Of a stretch of 31,777 bases of DNA, positions 9,183 to 18,227 are shown one piece after another. This DNA comes from Vicinamibacteria bacterium (lineage in GTDB: Bacteria > Acidobacteriota > Vicinamibacteria > Fen-336). A program made the translations under genes and the position numbers. The stretch is taken from assembly GCA_036556645.1 (NCBI GenBank), contig DATBIZ010000404.1, forward strand, positions 1-31,777. Reading direction: 5' to 3'. The notes beneath the pieces are model-generated. The model was not told where the DNA came from. It searched no databases and saw only the letters and a list, made by a program, of their open reading frames with translations. Numbering within the stretch: the first letter of the stretch is position 1; every line of letters starts with the position of its first letter.

Positions 9183-10060
9183 GCGTGCGGGTCCTCGTCC
9201 TCGATCATGCGCTCGAGGTACTGCCCGTAGTCGTTGCCGCGCATGGCGGACGCGATCCGCAGCACGTCCTCCGCGCTGATGAAGCCCATCTTGAACGCGA
9301 CCTCCTCCGGGCAGGCCACCTTCAGCCCCTGCCGCTCCTCGATCGCGTGGATGAAGTTCGACGCCTGCAGGAGCGCCTCCTGCGTGCCGGTGTCGAGCCA
9401 GGCCATGCCGCGGCCGAGCCGCTCCACCTGGAGCTCTCCCCACTCGAGGTAGGCGCGGTTCACGTCGGTGATCTCCAGCTCCCCCCGCGGCGAGGGGCGC
9501 AGCGCGGCCGCCACCTCGAGCACGCGGTTGTCGTAGAAGTAGAGGCCGGTGACCGCGTACGACGAGCGCGGGTGCGTGGGCTTCTCCTCGATGCTGATCG
9601 CGCGGCCGGTCTCGTCGAACTCCACCACCCCGTAGCGCTCCGGGTCGCGCACGCGATAGGCGAACACGGTCGCCCCGCGCGTCTTGGCCGCCGCCCGCCG
9701 CAGCGAGTCGGTGAGCACGTTTCCGTAGAAGACGTTGTCGCCCAGCGCGAGCGCCACCGGGTCGCGGCCCACGAACTCGCGCCCGATCACGAAGGCCTGC
9801 GCGAGCCCCTCCGGCCGGGGCTGGGCGGCGTAGCGGAGGCGGATGCCGAGCGCGGCGCCGTCGCCGAGCAGGCGCTCGAAGCTCGGCTGGTCGTGCGGGG
9901 TCGTGATGACCAGGATGTCCCGGATCCCCGCCAGCATCAGCGTGGAGAGCGGGTAGTAGATCATCGGCTTGTCGTAGATCGGCACCAGCTGCTTGCTGAC
10001 GGCGAGGGTGAGCGGGTAGAGCCGCGTGCCGGAGCCGCCGGCCAGGATGATGCCCTTCAT
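9179..10060 (-). CDS. rfbA: Glucose-1-phosphate thymidylyltransferase
   Basis: 293 aa from ATG 10060. [49 protein letters not shown]. Confidence 0.97.
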   Translation of the reverse strand: MKGIILAGGSGTRLYPLTLAVSKQLVPIYDKPMIYYPLSTLMLAGIRDILVITTPHDQPSFERLLGDGAALGIRLRYAAQPRPEGLAQAFVIGREFVGRDPVALALGDNVFYGNVLTDSLRRAAAKTRGATVFAYRVRDPERYGVVEFDETGRAISIEEKPTHPRSSYAVTGLYFYDNRVLEVAAALRPSPRGELEITDVNRAYLEWGELQVERLGRGMAWLDTGTQEALLQASNFIHAIEERQGLKVACPEEVAFKMGFISAEDVLRIASAMRGNDYGQYLERMIEDEDPHA

Positions 10061-10071
10061 GCGCCGGGCAG

Positions 10072-10115
10072 ACGATACCACGCGGTTTGCGGGGCCCGGA
10101 CGCGGACGCGAGAAT
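10072..10115. promoter_or_regulatory. Divergent promoter pair for rfbA (-) and the sulfatase-like gene (+)
   Basis: Minus: TGgTATCGT (10080-10072), 11 nt before ATG 10060. Plus: TTGCGG (10087-10092), 17 nt, GAGAAT (10110-10115), 6 nt before ATG 10122. No SD for either gene. Confidence 0.5.
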
Positions 10116-10121
10116 GGCGCG

Positions 10122-12242
10122 ATGCAGGCGGTGAAGCGCGCGGTGGCCGTGCTCTCGGCCGCCGCCGCCCTCGGGGCGTGCGGGCGGCGCGCGGCGGAGA
10201 CGCCGCCCGCGCCGCGGGCGCGCCACCTCGTGCTGGTCACGATCGACACCCTGCGCGCGGACCGTCTCGGCGTCTACGGCCACGCCGCCGCCGCCACCCC
10301 GCACCTCGACCGCCTCGCGCGCGAGGGAGCCATGGCCCCCCAGGCCACCGCCCACGTGCCGCTGACGCGCCCGTCGCACGCCTCGATCCTGACCGGCCTG
10401 CATCCCGCCGAGCACGGCCTGCGCGACAACGTCTCGCCGCCGCTGGCCGCCGGCGTGCCCACCCTCGCCGCCACCCTGCAGGCGGCCGGCTTCCGCACCG
10501 CCGCGTTCGTGTCGTCGATCGTGCTCTCCGCGCAGTCGGGGCTCGGCCGCGGGTTCCAGACCTACTCCGACGCGTTCGAGACCGGAGGCGACGACGCCCG
10601 GTTCCTGAACACGATCCAGAAGCGGGGCGACCTGGCGACCGGCGAGGCGATCGCCTGGCTGCGCGCGGCGCCGGACGAGCGGCTCTTCCTGTGGCTGCAC
10701 CTCTACGACCCGCACGACCCGTACGAGCCGCCGGAGCCCTACGCGTCGCGCTTCGCCGCGGACCCCTATGACGGCGAGGTGGCCTGGAGCGACGAGCTGG
10801 TGGGCCGCCTGCGCCAGGCGCTCGAAGCGCGGGGTGTGCTGGACCGGTCGCTGGTGATCGTGACCTCCGACCACGGGGAGGGCCTCGGCGACCACGGCGA
10901 GTCCGCGCACGGCTTCTTCGCCTACGAGTCCACGCTGCGCGTACCGCTGATCGTGCGCGGGCCCGGCGTGGCCGCGGGCGGGCGCCTCGGCGTGACCGCG
11001 CGCGGCGTGGACATCGCGCCCACCGCGCTGGACCTGCTGGGAGTCGCGCCGCCGCCCGCGGCACGCCTGTCTGGGCGGTCGCTGGCCGCGGAGCTGCGCG
11101 GCGGGAAGATGGCCGACGCGCCCGCCTACGCGGAGTCGCTGCTGCCGCTGCTGCACTACGGCTGGAGCGACCTGCGCGTGCTGCGCGACGGCCGCTGGAA
11201 GTACATCCAGGCCCCGCGGCCGGAGCTGTACGACCTGGCGCACGACCCCGGCGAGACGGCGAACGTGGCCGCCACCGAGCCCGCGCGCGCGGAGGCGCTG
11301 CGCGCGGCGCTCGCGCGCCGCCTCGAGCAGGAGCGCGCGGGAGGCGCCGCGCGCGCGAGCGCGACCGACGTGCCCGCGGACCTGCTTGAGAAGCTGGGCG
11401 CGCTCGGTTATCTCGGCGCCGGCAGCGCCGACGCGGGCCCGGACACCGGCGCCGATCCCAAGGACAAGCTCGAGGACTACAAGGCCGTCAACCGGCTGAT
11501 GCGCGAAGGCCTGGTGTTGCTGCGCCGCCGGGACCACGCGGGCAGCGCGCGGCGCCTGCGCGCGATCCTCTCCCGCGGCATCGAGAGCTTCGAGGTGCAC
11601 TACTACCTCGGGCGCGCGCTGATGGGCCAGGGCCGCGCGCGGGAGGCCGCGCCGCACTTCGAGTCCGCGCTGGCGCGGCTGCCCGGCTACACCGCCGCCT
11701 ACCTCGAGCTGGCGGAGGCGCGCGCGGGCTTCGGCGATTGGGAGGGCGCCCTGCGCGCGCTGCGCGACGGCCAGAAGGCGAGCCCCACCCAGGCCAGCCT
11801 CTTCGCCGCGGAGGCCAAGCTCTGGCGGCAGCGCAAGCGGCCGGCCGAGGCGGCCGCCGCCCTGCGCGGGGCCATCGAGCGCGCGCCGGGCGACGCGCGG
11901 CTGCGCGTCCAGGCCGGCGAGCTGGCGCGGGACATGGGGCGTCTGGACGAGGCGGCGCGGCTGCTGCGCGAGGCGGTGGAGGTCGCGCCCGCGGTCGCCT
12001 CGTACTGGAACTCGCTGGGGATGGTGCTCGGCGCGTCGGGCGACCTGGCCGGCGCGGAGCAGGCGTTCGCGGCCGCCCTCGAGCGCGATCCCGCCAACGC
12101 GGAGTACGCCTACAACCGGGGGCTCGCCCTGATGCGCCAGGGCCGCGCCGCCGACGCCGCGGCCGCGTTCCGGCGCACGCTGGACCTCCAGCCGCGCTTC
12201 GCGCCCGCCCGCGAGCGGCTCGGCGAGCTGGGAGCGCGCTGA
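10122..12242 (+). CDS. Lipoprotein: alkaline-phosphatase-superfamily ('sulfatase-like') domain plus C-terminal TPR repeats
   Basis: Start reassigned to ATG 10122. Lipobox [32 protein letters not shown] metal-site motifs, several TPR-like repeats after about nt 11500. Confidence 0.85.
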   Translation: MQAVKRAVAVLSAAAALGACGRRAAETPPAPRARHLVLVTIDTLRADRLGVYGHAAAATPHLDRLAREGAMAPQATAHVPLTRPSHASILTGLHPAEHGLRDNVSPPLAAGVPTLAATLQAAGFRTAAFVSSIVLSAQSGLGRGFQTYSDAFETGGDDARFLNTIQKRGDLATGEAIAWLRAAPDERLFLWLHLYDPHDPYEPPEPYASRFAADPYDGEVAWSDELVGRLRQALEARGVLDRSLVIVTSDHGEGLGDHGESAHGFFAYESTLRVPLIVRGPGVAAGGRLGVTARGVDIAPTALDLLGVAPPPAARLSGRSLAAELRGGKMADAPAYAESLLPLLHYGWSDLRVLRDGRWKYIQAPRPELYDLAHDPGETANVAATEPARAEALRAALARRLEQERAGGAARASATDVPADLLEKLGALGYLGAGSADAGPDTGADPKDKLEDYKAVNRLMREGLVLLRRRDHAGSARRLRAILSRGIESFEVHYYLGRALMGQGRAREAAPHFESALARLPGYTAAYLELAEARAGFGDWEGALRALRDGQKASPTQASLFAAEAKLWRQRKRPAEAAAALRGAIERAPGDARLRVQAGELARDMGRLDEAARLLREAVEVAPAVASYWNSLGMVLGASGDLAGAEQAFAAALERDPANAEYAYNRGLALMRQGRAADAAAAFRRTLDLQPRFAPARERLGELGAR

Positions 12243-12248
12243 GACGGG

Positions 12249-12277
12249 GGAATGCCCGGCCCCCGGCGGCGTATCCT
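12249..12277 (+). promoter_or_regulatory. Candidate promoter of the SIMPL gene (ECF-like GGAAT-N16-CGTA overlapping a TATCCT -10)
   Basis: GGAAT 12249-12253, CGTA 12270-12273, TATCCT 12272-12277. GGGAGG RBS before ATG 12296. Confidence 0.4.
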
Positions 12278-12295
12278 GAACGGGGAGGAAGTGCG

Positions 12296-13018
12296 ATGAA
12301 GACAACCTGGCTTGCGGCCGCGCTCGCCACCACGGCCGCCGTTTCCGCCGCCGCGCAGACCCCGGCGCCGCCCGCGCCGCGCGAGGCGGCCGGGGCGGAG
12401 ACGATCAGCGTCAGCGGTGTGGGCCGCACCAGCGTCGTGCCCGACCGGGCCAGCTTCACCGTGGGCGTGCAGAGCATGGCCACCACGGTGCCCGCGGCGG
12501 TGCAGGACAACAACACGCGCGTGGCCGCGATCGTGGCCGCCATGCGCAAGCTTGGCGCCGGCGACCGCGAGATCCGCACCTCGCAGATCTCGATCTACCC
12601 GCAGCAGACCCACGAGAACAACCGGGCGCCGCGGATCGTGGGCTACCAGGTGTCGAACACGATCACGGTGATCCGCGACAGCCCGGCGGAGGTCGGCCGC
12701 TTCCTCCAGGCCGCGGTGGACGCCGGGGCGAACACCGTCTCGGGCGTCAGCTTCTCGGTGTCGGATCCGGCGCGCGGCCGCGACGCCGCGCTGCAGGCGG
12801 CCTTCGCCGACGCCCGCGCCAAGGCGGACACCCTGGCCCGCGCCGCGGGCCGCACGGTCGGCCGCGCCCTCTCCATCACGGAGGGCACCGCCGTGACGCC
12901 GCCGCCCTACCCGATGGCCCGCGCCGCCATGATGGAGGCGTCGAAGGTGGACATGCCGGTCGAGCCCGGCGCCGAGGAGCTGACGTTCACGGTGTCGGTG
13001 GTGTTCGAGCTCCGCTGA
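12296..13018 (+). CDS. SIMPL (DUF541/YggE-like) exported protein
   Basis: Start reassigned to ATG 12296 with RBS and signal peptide. ISVSGVG...PDRA, IRTSQISIYPQ, GYQVSNTI, AVDAGANTVSGVSF, PVEPG..E....VSVVFEL. Confidence 0.9.
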   Translation: MKTTWLAAALATTAAVSAAAQTPAPPAPREAAGAETISVSGVGRTSVVPDRASFTVGVQSMATTVPAAVQDNNTRVAAIVAAMRKLGAGDREIRTSQISIYPQQTHENNRAPRIVGYQVSNTITVIRDSPAEVGRFLQAAVDAGANTVSGVSFSVSDPARGRDAALQAAFADARAKADTLARAAGRTVGRALSITEGTAVTPPPYPMARAAMMEASKVDMPVEPGAEELTFTVSVVFELR

Positions 13019-13025
13019 CGCGGAA

Positions 13026-15776
13026 CTAGAACCGCAGCTTCGCCCCGACCATCAACCGCCGGGGCGGGATGTACTCGGTGCCGAGCCCGAAGTTCTCGCT
13101 GGTGCCGATCCTGTCCTGCACGTCCTCGAACGCGTCGTCGTTCAGCGCGTTGAGCAGGTCGGCGAACAGCGCGAAGTGGGCCCCGCCGCCCAACGCGAAG
13201 TCCTTCTGCAGGCGCAGGTCGAGCACGTACTGGTCCGAGACCGTGCGGCTGCCGTCGTTGCGCTCGGCGAAGATGACGGTCGGGATGCCCAGGTCGCTCA
13301 CGCGCGCCAGCCGTGCGTAGGGGCGCCCCGTCGTGTAGATGAAGTTCGCGCCGGCCAGGAACCCCGCCGGGAACTGGTACACCACCTGCGACTTGAAGGT
13401 CGCGGTGCGGTCGCCGATCAGCCGGCCGTCGCTGTTGATGTAGTCGTTCGGGTTGCGGCCGAAGAGGCCCGCGGTGGACGTCTGCGCGCCCGCGGGGCCG
13501 ACCGCGGCGGAGACCGCCGGACGGCTGGAGCCGAGCCGTCCCGTCGAACGTCCCCAGACGAACGAAGACGTCATCTGCCAGTTGTCCGACATCCGCTTGA
13601 CGAGCTGCACGGTGACGCCGTTGAAGCGCGAGAACATGCCGTCCGGGTTGGTCAGCTCGAAGATGCGCTCGCCGGGATCGTTGACCAGCCTCTGGACGCC
13701 GATGCTCGCCCCGCTCACCGGGTCCACGAACGTGTCGGGCGCGTATTGGCCCCCGATGTCGCGCCAGGCCCCGTAGCGCTCGCCGCGTTTGTGCACGTAG
13801 TGCACGAGCAGGCCCAGGTTCGGGAGCAGCTCGCGCTCGATCCCGAACGTGACCTGGTCCGTGTACGGGCTCCGGAAGCCCGGGTCCACCCTCAGGTTCG
13901 TGTTGTCGGAGACCAGCTCCAGCCCCTCCGGGTTGCCCGCGGCGTCGTAGGTGCCCGAGAAGAGGTAGCGCGGCGTGATCGAGGGCGCGGTGCCGTCGAA
14001 CTCGCCGGTGACGACCCCCCGGTAGTAGCGGCCGTAGTGCGCCTTGAGCACGGTGTGCCCCTCCGCGTCGAGCTTCCAGTTGAAGCCCACGCGCGGCGAC
14101 ACCGTGTTCCAGGTGAACAGCTCGTCCACGGCCTGGGTGGACTGGCCGGTCTCGCTGCCCTGCCGGTCGAGGAGGCCGAACTCGGGGAAGAGGGCCTTGC
14201 TGTAGTCGTAGCGCACGCCGACGTTGAGCGAGAGGCGCGCGCCCACGCGGATGGTGTCGTCCACGAACAGGCCCAGGTTCCGCATGCGGCCGCCCTGGTG
14301 GTAGGGAAGCTGCGTGTACCCGTAGGCGGGCTCGGTGCCATAGGTGTAGATGTAGTCGTTCGGCCCCAGCACGTAATCGCTGCCCCCGCTGTTGTACTGG
14401 ACGCCGAACTTGAAGTCGTGGCTGGCGCCCATGAACTTGTCGGCGAAGTGGGACAGCTTGCCGCTGAAGGCGGTCTTCTCGCTGACCCCGTCGTAGAAGG
14501 AGTAGATGCCGCCCGTGATCTCGCCGGTGTCGAGGTCGAAGTAGCGCGGCTTCACCCGCGGCTCGCCCTCCTGCAGCGGGTCGCCGTGGTCCTTGCCGTA
14601 GAAGCCCGAGTAGCGCGCCTCGAAGTAGGTGCGGTCGGAGACGACCGAGGTCCAGGTCACGTTCGGCGACGGGTTGTGGCCGGTCTCGACGGTCACGCTG
14701 CTGGGCGCGGTGGCGGCGGTGGTGTCGCCGGGGATCTCGTAGTAGTCGTCGTGGTAGGCCAGCATCAGCCGGTTCTTGCTGTCGATCTGCAGGTTCAGCT
14801 TGCCGAAGATCCGGTCCGCCTTGAACTTCTCCGGGAACTCCGCCGGCGTGCCCGCGAAGCTCTGGAAGTCGCGCTGGTACTGGTAGGAGCCGAAGAACCA
14901 GAGCTTGTCCTTGACGATGGGGCCGCTGAGCTGGAAGGTGGCGTCGTTGTACTTGTCCCGGTTGTAGGGCAGGCCGTCGTCCTGCTCGTCGCTGGTGTTG
15001 CGGCCGGTCAGGGACTGGTCCTGGAGGTAGAAGTTCGCGTCGCCGTGGAACGCGTTGCTGCCCTGCCGCGTGACCACGTTGAACACCGCGCCCAGCACGT
15101 TGCCGTACTCCGCGGTGGCCCCCAGCGACAGCACCTCGATCTCCTCGATGGCGTCGGTGTTCGGCCACGGCCAGGCCGCGCCGGTGAGCGGGGCGGTGAA
15201 GTCGGTGCCGTCCAGCATGTACGCGTTGTCGGTGGTGCCCGAGCCGAGCGAGGTGGAGCGCGAGCTGCCGGTCGAGCTGGTGTTCACGCCGGGCGCGGCG
15301 TTGATCAGGTCGAAGAAGGTGAAGCGCGGGATCGGCGCGTTGCGCACCCAGTCCTTGTCGTAGTTCGTGCTGATCTGGTTGGTCTGGGTGTCCACCACCG
15401 CGCCTTCACCCACCACCGTGATCTCCTCGCGCCCGCCGCCCACGCTGAGCGTCACGTTCTCCTCCACGGTCGCGCCCACGGACACGCGCACCGCCTCGCG
15501 CTTGAGCGGGGAGAAGTTGGCCAGGCTGAAGGTGACGGTGTACGTGCCCGGGGGCAGGGCGGGGAAGCGGTAGAACCCTTCCTGGTTCGTGGCCGTGTCC
15601 TGGCTGCCCATGATCGCCTCGCCGCGCAGCACCACGTTCACGCCCGGCAGCACGGCGCCCGTGTTGTCGGTCACCGTGCCGACCAGGGTGCCGGTCGTGC
15701 GTTGGGCGAAGGCGGGAAGGGCGGCGCCCGCCACCGCCGACACCACGACGGCCACGATCAACGCGCTCCTGCGCAT
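13026..15776 (-). CDS. TonB-dependent outer-membrane receptor, Oar-like, with an N-terminal carboxypeptidase-regulatory-like domain
   Basis: 916 aa from ATG 15776 (GAGGAG RBS, signal peptide). GTVTDNTGAVLPGV, YRFPALPPGTY, plug motif AEYG...GAVFNVVTRQGSN.FHG, C-terminal Phe. Confidence 0.92.
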   Translation of the reverse strand: MRRSALIVAVVVSAVAGAALPAFAQRTTGTLVGTVTDNTGAVLPGVNVVLRGEAIMGSQDTATNQEGFYRFPALPPGTYTVTFSLANFSPLKREAVRVSVGATVEENVTLSVGGGREEITVVGEGAVVDTQTNQISTNYDKDWVRNAPIPRFTFFDLINAAPGVNTSSTGSSRSTSLGSGTTDNAYMLDGTDFTAPLTGAAWPWPNTDAIEEIEVLSLGATAEYGNVLGAVFNVVTRQGSNAFHGDANFYLQDQSLTGRNTSDEQDDGLPYNRDKYNDATFQLSGPIVKDKLWFFGSYQYQRDFQSFAGTPAEFPEKFKADRIFGKLNLQIDSKNRLMLAYHDDYYEIPGDTTAATAPSSVTVETGHNPSPNVTWTSVVSDRTYFEARYSGFYGKDHGDPLQEGEPRVKPRYFDLDTGEITGGIYSFYDGVSEKTAFSGKLSHFADKFMGASHDFKFGVQYNSGGSDYVLGPNDYIYTYGTEPAYGYTQLPYHQGGRMRNLGLFVDDTIRVGARLSLNVGVRYDYSKALFPEFGLLDRQGSETGQSTQAVDELFTWNTVSPRVGFNWKLDAEGHTVLKAHYGRYYRGVVTGEFDGTAPSITPRYLFSGTYDAAGNPEGLELVSDNTNLRVDPGFRSPYTDQVTFGIERELLPNLGLLVHYVHKRGERYGAWRDIGGQYAPDTFVDPVSGASIGVQRLVNDPGERIFELTNPDGMFSRFNGVTVQLVKRMSDNWQMTSSFVWGRSTGRLGSSRPAVSAAVGPAGAQTSTAGLFGRNPNDYINSDGRLIGDRTATFKSQVVYQFPAGFLAGANFIYTTGRPYARLARVSDLGIPTVIFAERNDGSRTVSDQYVLDLRLQKDFALGGGAHFALFADLLNALNDDAFEDVQDRIGTSENFGLGTEYIPPRRLMVGAKLRF

Positions 15777-15872
15777 AACTTGTCTCCTCGAAAGCGGGCG
15801 ACGTCCGCGGGGGGCGGCGCTCCTCGGCCGTGACGAGCTCAACGGCGGCCCATGGGGCAGGAAATCGGCGTG

Positions 15873-15902
15873 ACTGTAGCCATGCTTCGCGCGCCCTGTC
15901 AA
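15873..15902 (-). promoter_or_regulatory. Near-consensus sigma70 promoter of the TBDR
   Basis: Perfect TTGACA (15902-15897), 18 nt, TACAGT (15878-15873). Implies a 5' leader of about 90 nt. Confidence 0.7.
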
Positions 15903-15930
15903 CCGCGGCGTGCCCGGGCTTGCCGCCCGG

Positions 15931-16764
15931 CTAGGCCCGGCGCAGCACGTACAGCGGGCGGCGCCGTCCCTTCTCCTCGCTGGGCGAGAAGTCGGCGGCG
16001 ATGTACCCGCGGCCGAAGTAGTACTTGAACGCCATGCGCACCTTGCCGTGCCAGTCCTCGGCCACGCGCGGCGCGGCCTTGGCCAGCACGTCCCAGTCGG
16101 GCGGGATCTCCAGCAGCAGCTCGGGCGACTCGAGGTCGTAGCGCGCGGCGGACGACACCGGCCAGCCCGCCTGCCACTGGACCTCGTTGATGCGCGGGAA
16201 GGGCGGCGCGGGCTCGCTGCGCGGCGGCTCGCCCTGCTGCAGCCGCTCCTGCACGCGCGGCGAGCGCAGCTCCCAGTGCACGAGCAGCCGGTCGGTGGGC
16301 ATGCCGTGGTGCAGCGCGGAGGTGGTCACGCCGTAGAAGTTGTCGAGGAACTCGGGCGCGGTGGCGCCGAGCCGCCGCAGGTTCAGGTGCGCGTTGCGGC
16401 CCTGCATCGGGTCGTAGGTCCAGGTGATCAGCCCGAGCCCGCGCTCGAGCGCGTCCTCGCGCTGCGCCCACTTCAGGCGCACGCCCACCCCGCGCTTCTG
16501 GTACTCCGGCACCACCGCGAGCATGTCCGAGTGCAGGTGCGGCAGGCCGCCGCGCAGCGCGGGGAACGCGTAGGCGAAGCCGACCGGCTCGCCCGCCGCC
16601 GTCTCCGCGAGGTGGAGCAGGCCGCCCGCGTGGACGGTGGCGATGAGCTGCAGGGCCGAGGTGACCTCGAGGTCGGCGAGCCCCCAGACCGCCTTCTGGA
16701 GGAGGACGCAGGCGTCGTAGTCCGCGCGTCCGCTCGCGCGCCGGACCCGCACGTCGTCGGTCAT
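15931..16764 (-). CDS. Predicted GNAT N-acyltransferase (COG3375-like)
   Basis: LQKAVWG, HSDMLAVVPEYQKRGVGVRLKWAQR, ITWTYDPMQGRNAHLN, NFYG, PTDRLLVHW. Start at ATG 16764 or GTG 16773. Confidence 0.85.
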   Translation of the reverse strand: MTDDVRVRRASGRADYDACVLLQKAVWGLADLEVTSALQLIATVHAGGLLHLAETAAGEPVGFAYAFPALRGGLPHLHSDMLAVVPEYQKRGVGVRLKWAQREDALERGLGLITWTYDPMQGRNAHLNLRRLGATAPEFLDNFYGVTTSALHHGMPTDRLLVHWELRSPRVQERLQQGEPPRSEPAPPFPRINEVQWQAGWPVSSAARYDLESPELLLEIPPDWDVLAKAAPRVAEDWHGKVRMAFKYYFGRGYIAADFSPSEEKGRRRPLYVLRRA

Positions 16765-16776
16765 GCTCGGCACGAG

Positions 16777-16784
16777 ACTATAAT
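16777..16784. promoter_or_regulatory. Overlapping bidirectional -10 elements (ACTATAAT) between GNAT and the APC permease
   Basis: Plus TATAAT 16779-16784, 9 nt before ATG 16794. Minus TATAGT 16782-16777, 12 nt before ATG 16764. Intergenic gap is only 20-29 nt. Confidence 0.6.
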
Positions 16785-16793
16785 CCGCGCTTC

Positions 16794-18227
16794 ATGCCCG
16801 ATCTCCAACCGGCGGTCCCGCTGCCGGCGGCAGCCGTGCCGGCGCCGCGGGCGGCCGCCGCCGCCGCCGAGCCGCAGCTCGTGCGCCGGCTCGGGGCATG
16901 GGACGGCGCGCTGATCACGATCGGGTCCGTGCTCGGCACCGGCATCTTCATCACCACCGGCGACATGGCCCGCGTGTTGCCCAGCCCGGCGCTGATCCTG
17001 CTCGCCTGGGTGCTGGGCGGGCTGGTCACGCTGGCCGGCGCGCTGACCCTGGCCGAGCTGGGCGCGATGTTCCCGCGGGCCGGCGGCCAGTACCAGTACC
17101 TGAAGGAAGCCTACGGGCCGCTGTGGGGCTTCCTCTTCGGCTGGACCTGCTTCTTCGTGATCATGACCGGCGGCATCGCCACGCTCGCGGTCGGCTTCGG
17201 CGAGTACCTGGGCTCGTTCCTGCCCTTCTTCTCGACCCGCAACCTGCTGCTGGCGACGCCGGTCGGGCCCTGGACGTGGACGGTCAGCGGAGGACAGGTC
17301 GCGGGCGCGCTCGCCATCGTGTTCCTCACCGCCGTCAACTACCTCGGCCTGCGCGAGGGCACGTTCGTGCAGAACGCGGTCACGGTGGTGAAGATCGGCT
17401 CGATCGTGGCGCTGGCGGTGCTCGGGCTGCTGGTCCCCGCGCCCGTGGCCGACCCGTTCGCGGCCGCCCCGCTCGCGTCGGGCGGGCTGCTCGGCGCGTT
17501 CGGCGTGGCCATGATCGCGGTGATCTGGAGCTACGACGGCTGGTACGGGTTCGCCTTCCTGGCCGGCGAGGTGAAGCGCCCGGAGCGGAACGTGCCGCTG
17601 GGCCTGATCACGGGCACCGCCGCCATCACCGTCCTCTACCTGCTCACCAACCTCGTCTACGTGCGGGCGCTGCCGGTGCAGGCGATGGCGGAAACGGGCC
17701 GCATCGGCGAGGCGGCGGCGGTGGTGCTGTTCGGGCCCGCCGCGGCGCGGCTGGTGTCGCTCGCGGTCGTGATCTCGACGTTCGGCTGCATCTCCGCGAC
17801 CGTGCTGTACGCGGCGCGCGGCTACCTGCCCATGGCGCAGGACGGTCTCTTCTTCCGCAGCCTCTCCCGCATCCACCCGCGCTACCGCACGCCGGCGGCG
17901 TGCCTGATCGCGCAGGGCGCCTGGGCCGCGGCGCTGACCTTCACGGGGACGTACGAGCAGCTCTACACCTACGTCGTCTTCGCGCTGTTCCTCTTCCACG
18001 CGCTGACGGGCGCGGCCGTGATCGTGCTCCGCCGCACCCGGCCCGACGCGCCGCGGCCGTACCGGACCTGGGGCTACCCGGCGGTGCCGCTGCTGTTCGT
18101 GCTGGCCGCCGCCGCGCTCCTCGTGAACACCCTGGTCGAGAAGCCGCTCGAGTCGCTGCTGGGCCTGTTCCTGGTGGCGCTCGGCATCCCCGCGTACCTG
18201 TGGTGGCGGCGGAAGGGGCAAGCGTGA
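16794..18227 (+). CDS. APC-family amino acid permease
   Basis: 477 aa, about 12 TM. GSVLGTGIF, AELGAMFPRAGGQY, SYDGW, AGEVKRPERN, YRTPA, RPYRTWGYP. Confidence 0.95.
   Translation: MPDLQPAVPLPAAAVPAPRAAAAAAEPQLVRRLGAWDGALITIGSVLGTGIFITTGDMARVLPSPALILLAWVLGGLVTLAGALTLAELGAMFPRAGGQYQYLKEAYGPLWGFLFGWTCFFVIMTGGIATLAVGFGEYLGSFLPFFSTRNLLLATPVGPWTWTVSGGQVAGALAIVFLTAVNYLGLREGTFVQNAVTVVKIGSIVALAVLGLLVPAPVADPFAAAPLASGGLLGAFGVAMIAVIWSYDGWYGFAFLAGEVKRPERNVPLGLITGTAAITVLYLLTNLVYVRALPVQAMAETGRIGEAAAVVLFGPAAARLVSLAVVISTFGCISATVLYAARGYLPMAQDGLFFRSLSRIHPRYRTPAACLIAQGAWAAALTFTGTYEQLYTYVVFALFLFHALTGAAVIVLRRTRPDAPRPYRTWGYPAVPLLFVLAAAALLVNTLVEKPLESLLGLFLVALGIPAYLWWRRKGQA

Noticed and set aside
8643-12305. 1220-aa minus-strand ORF ending in RfbC
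   Set aside because: Only the last 179 aa (from GTG 9182) are RfbC. The rest is a stop-free shadow frame over rfbA and antisense to the sulfatase-like gene, typical of high-GC DNA.
15777-15870. Known riboswitch (cobalamin/TPP) or Fur box upstream of the TBDR
   Set aside because: No conserved aptamer elements or AT-rich Fur palindrome recognised, and the leader is too short for a typical cobalamin riboswitch.
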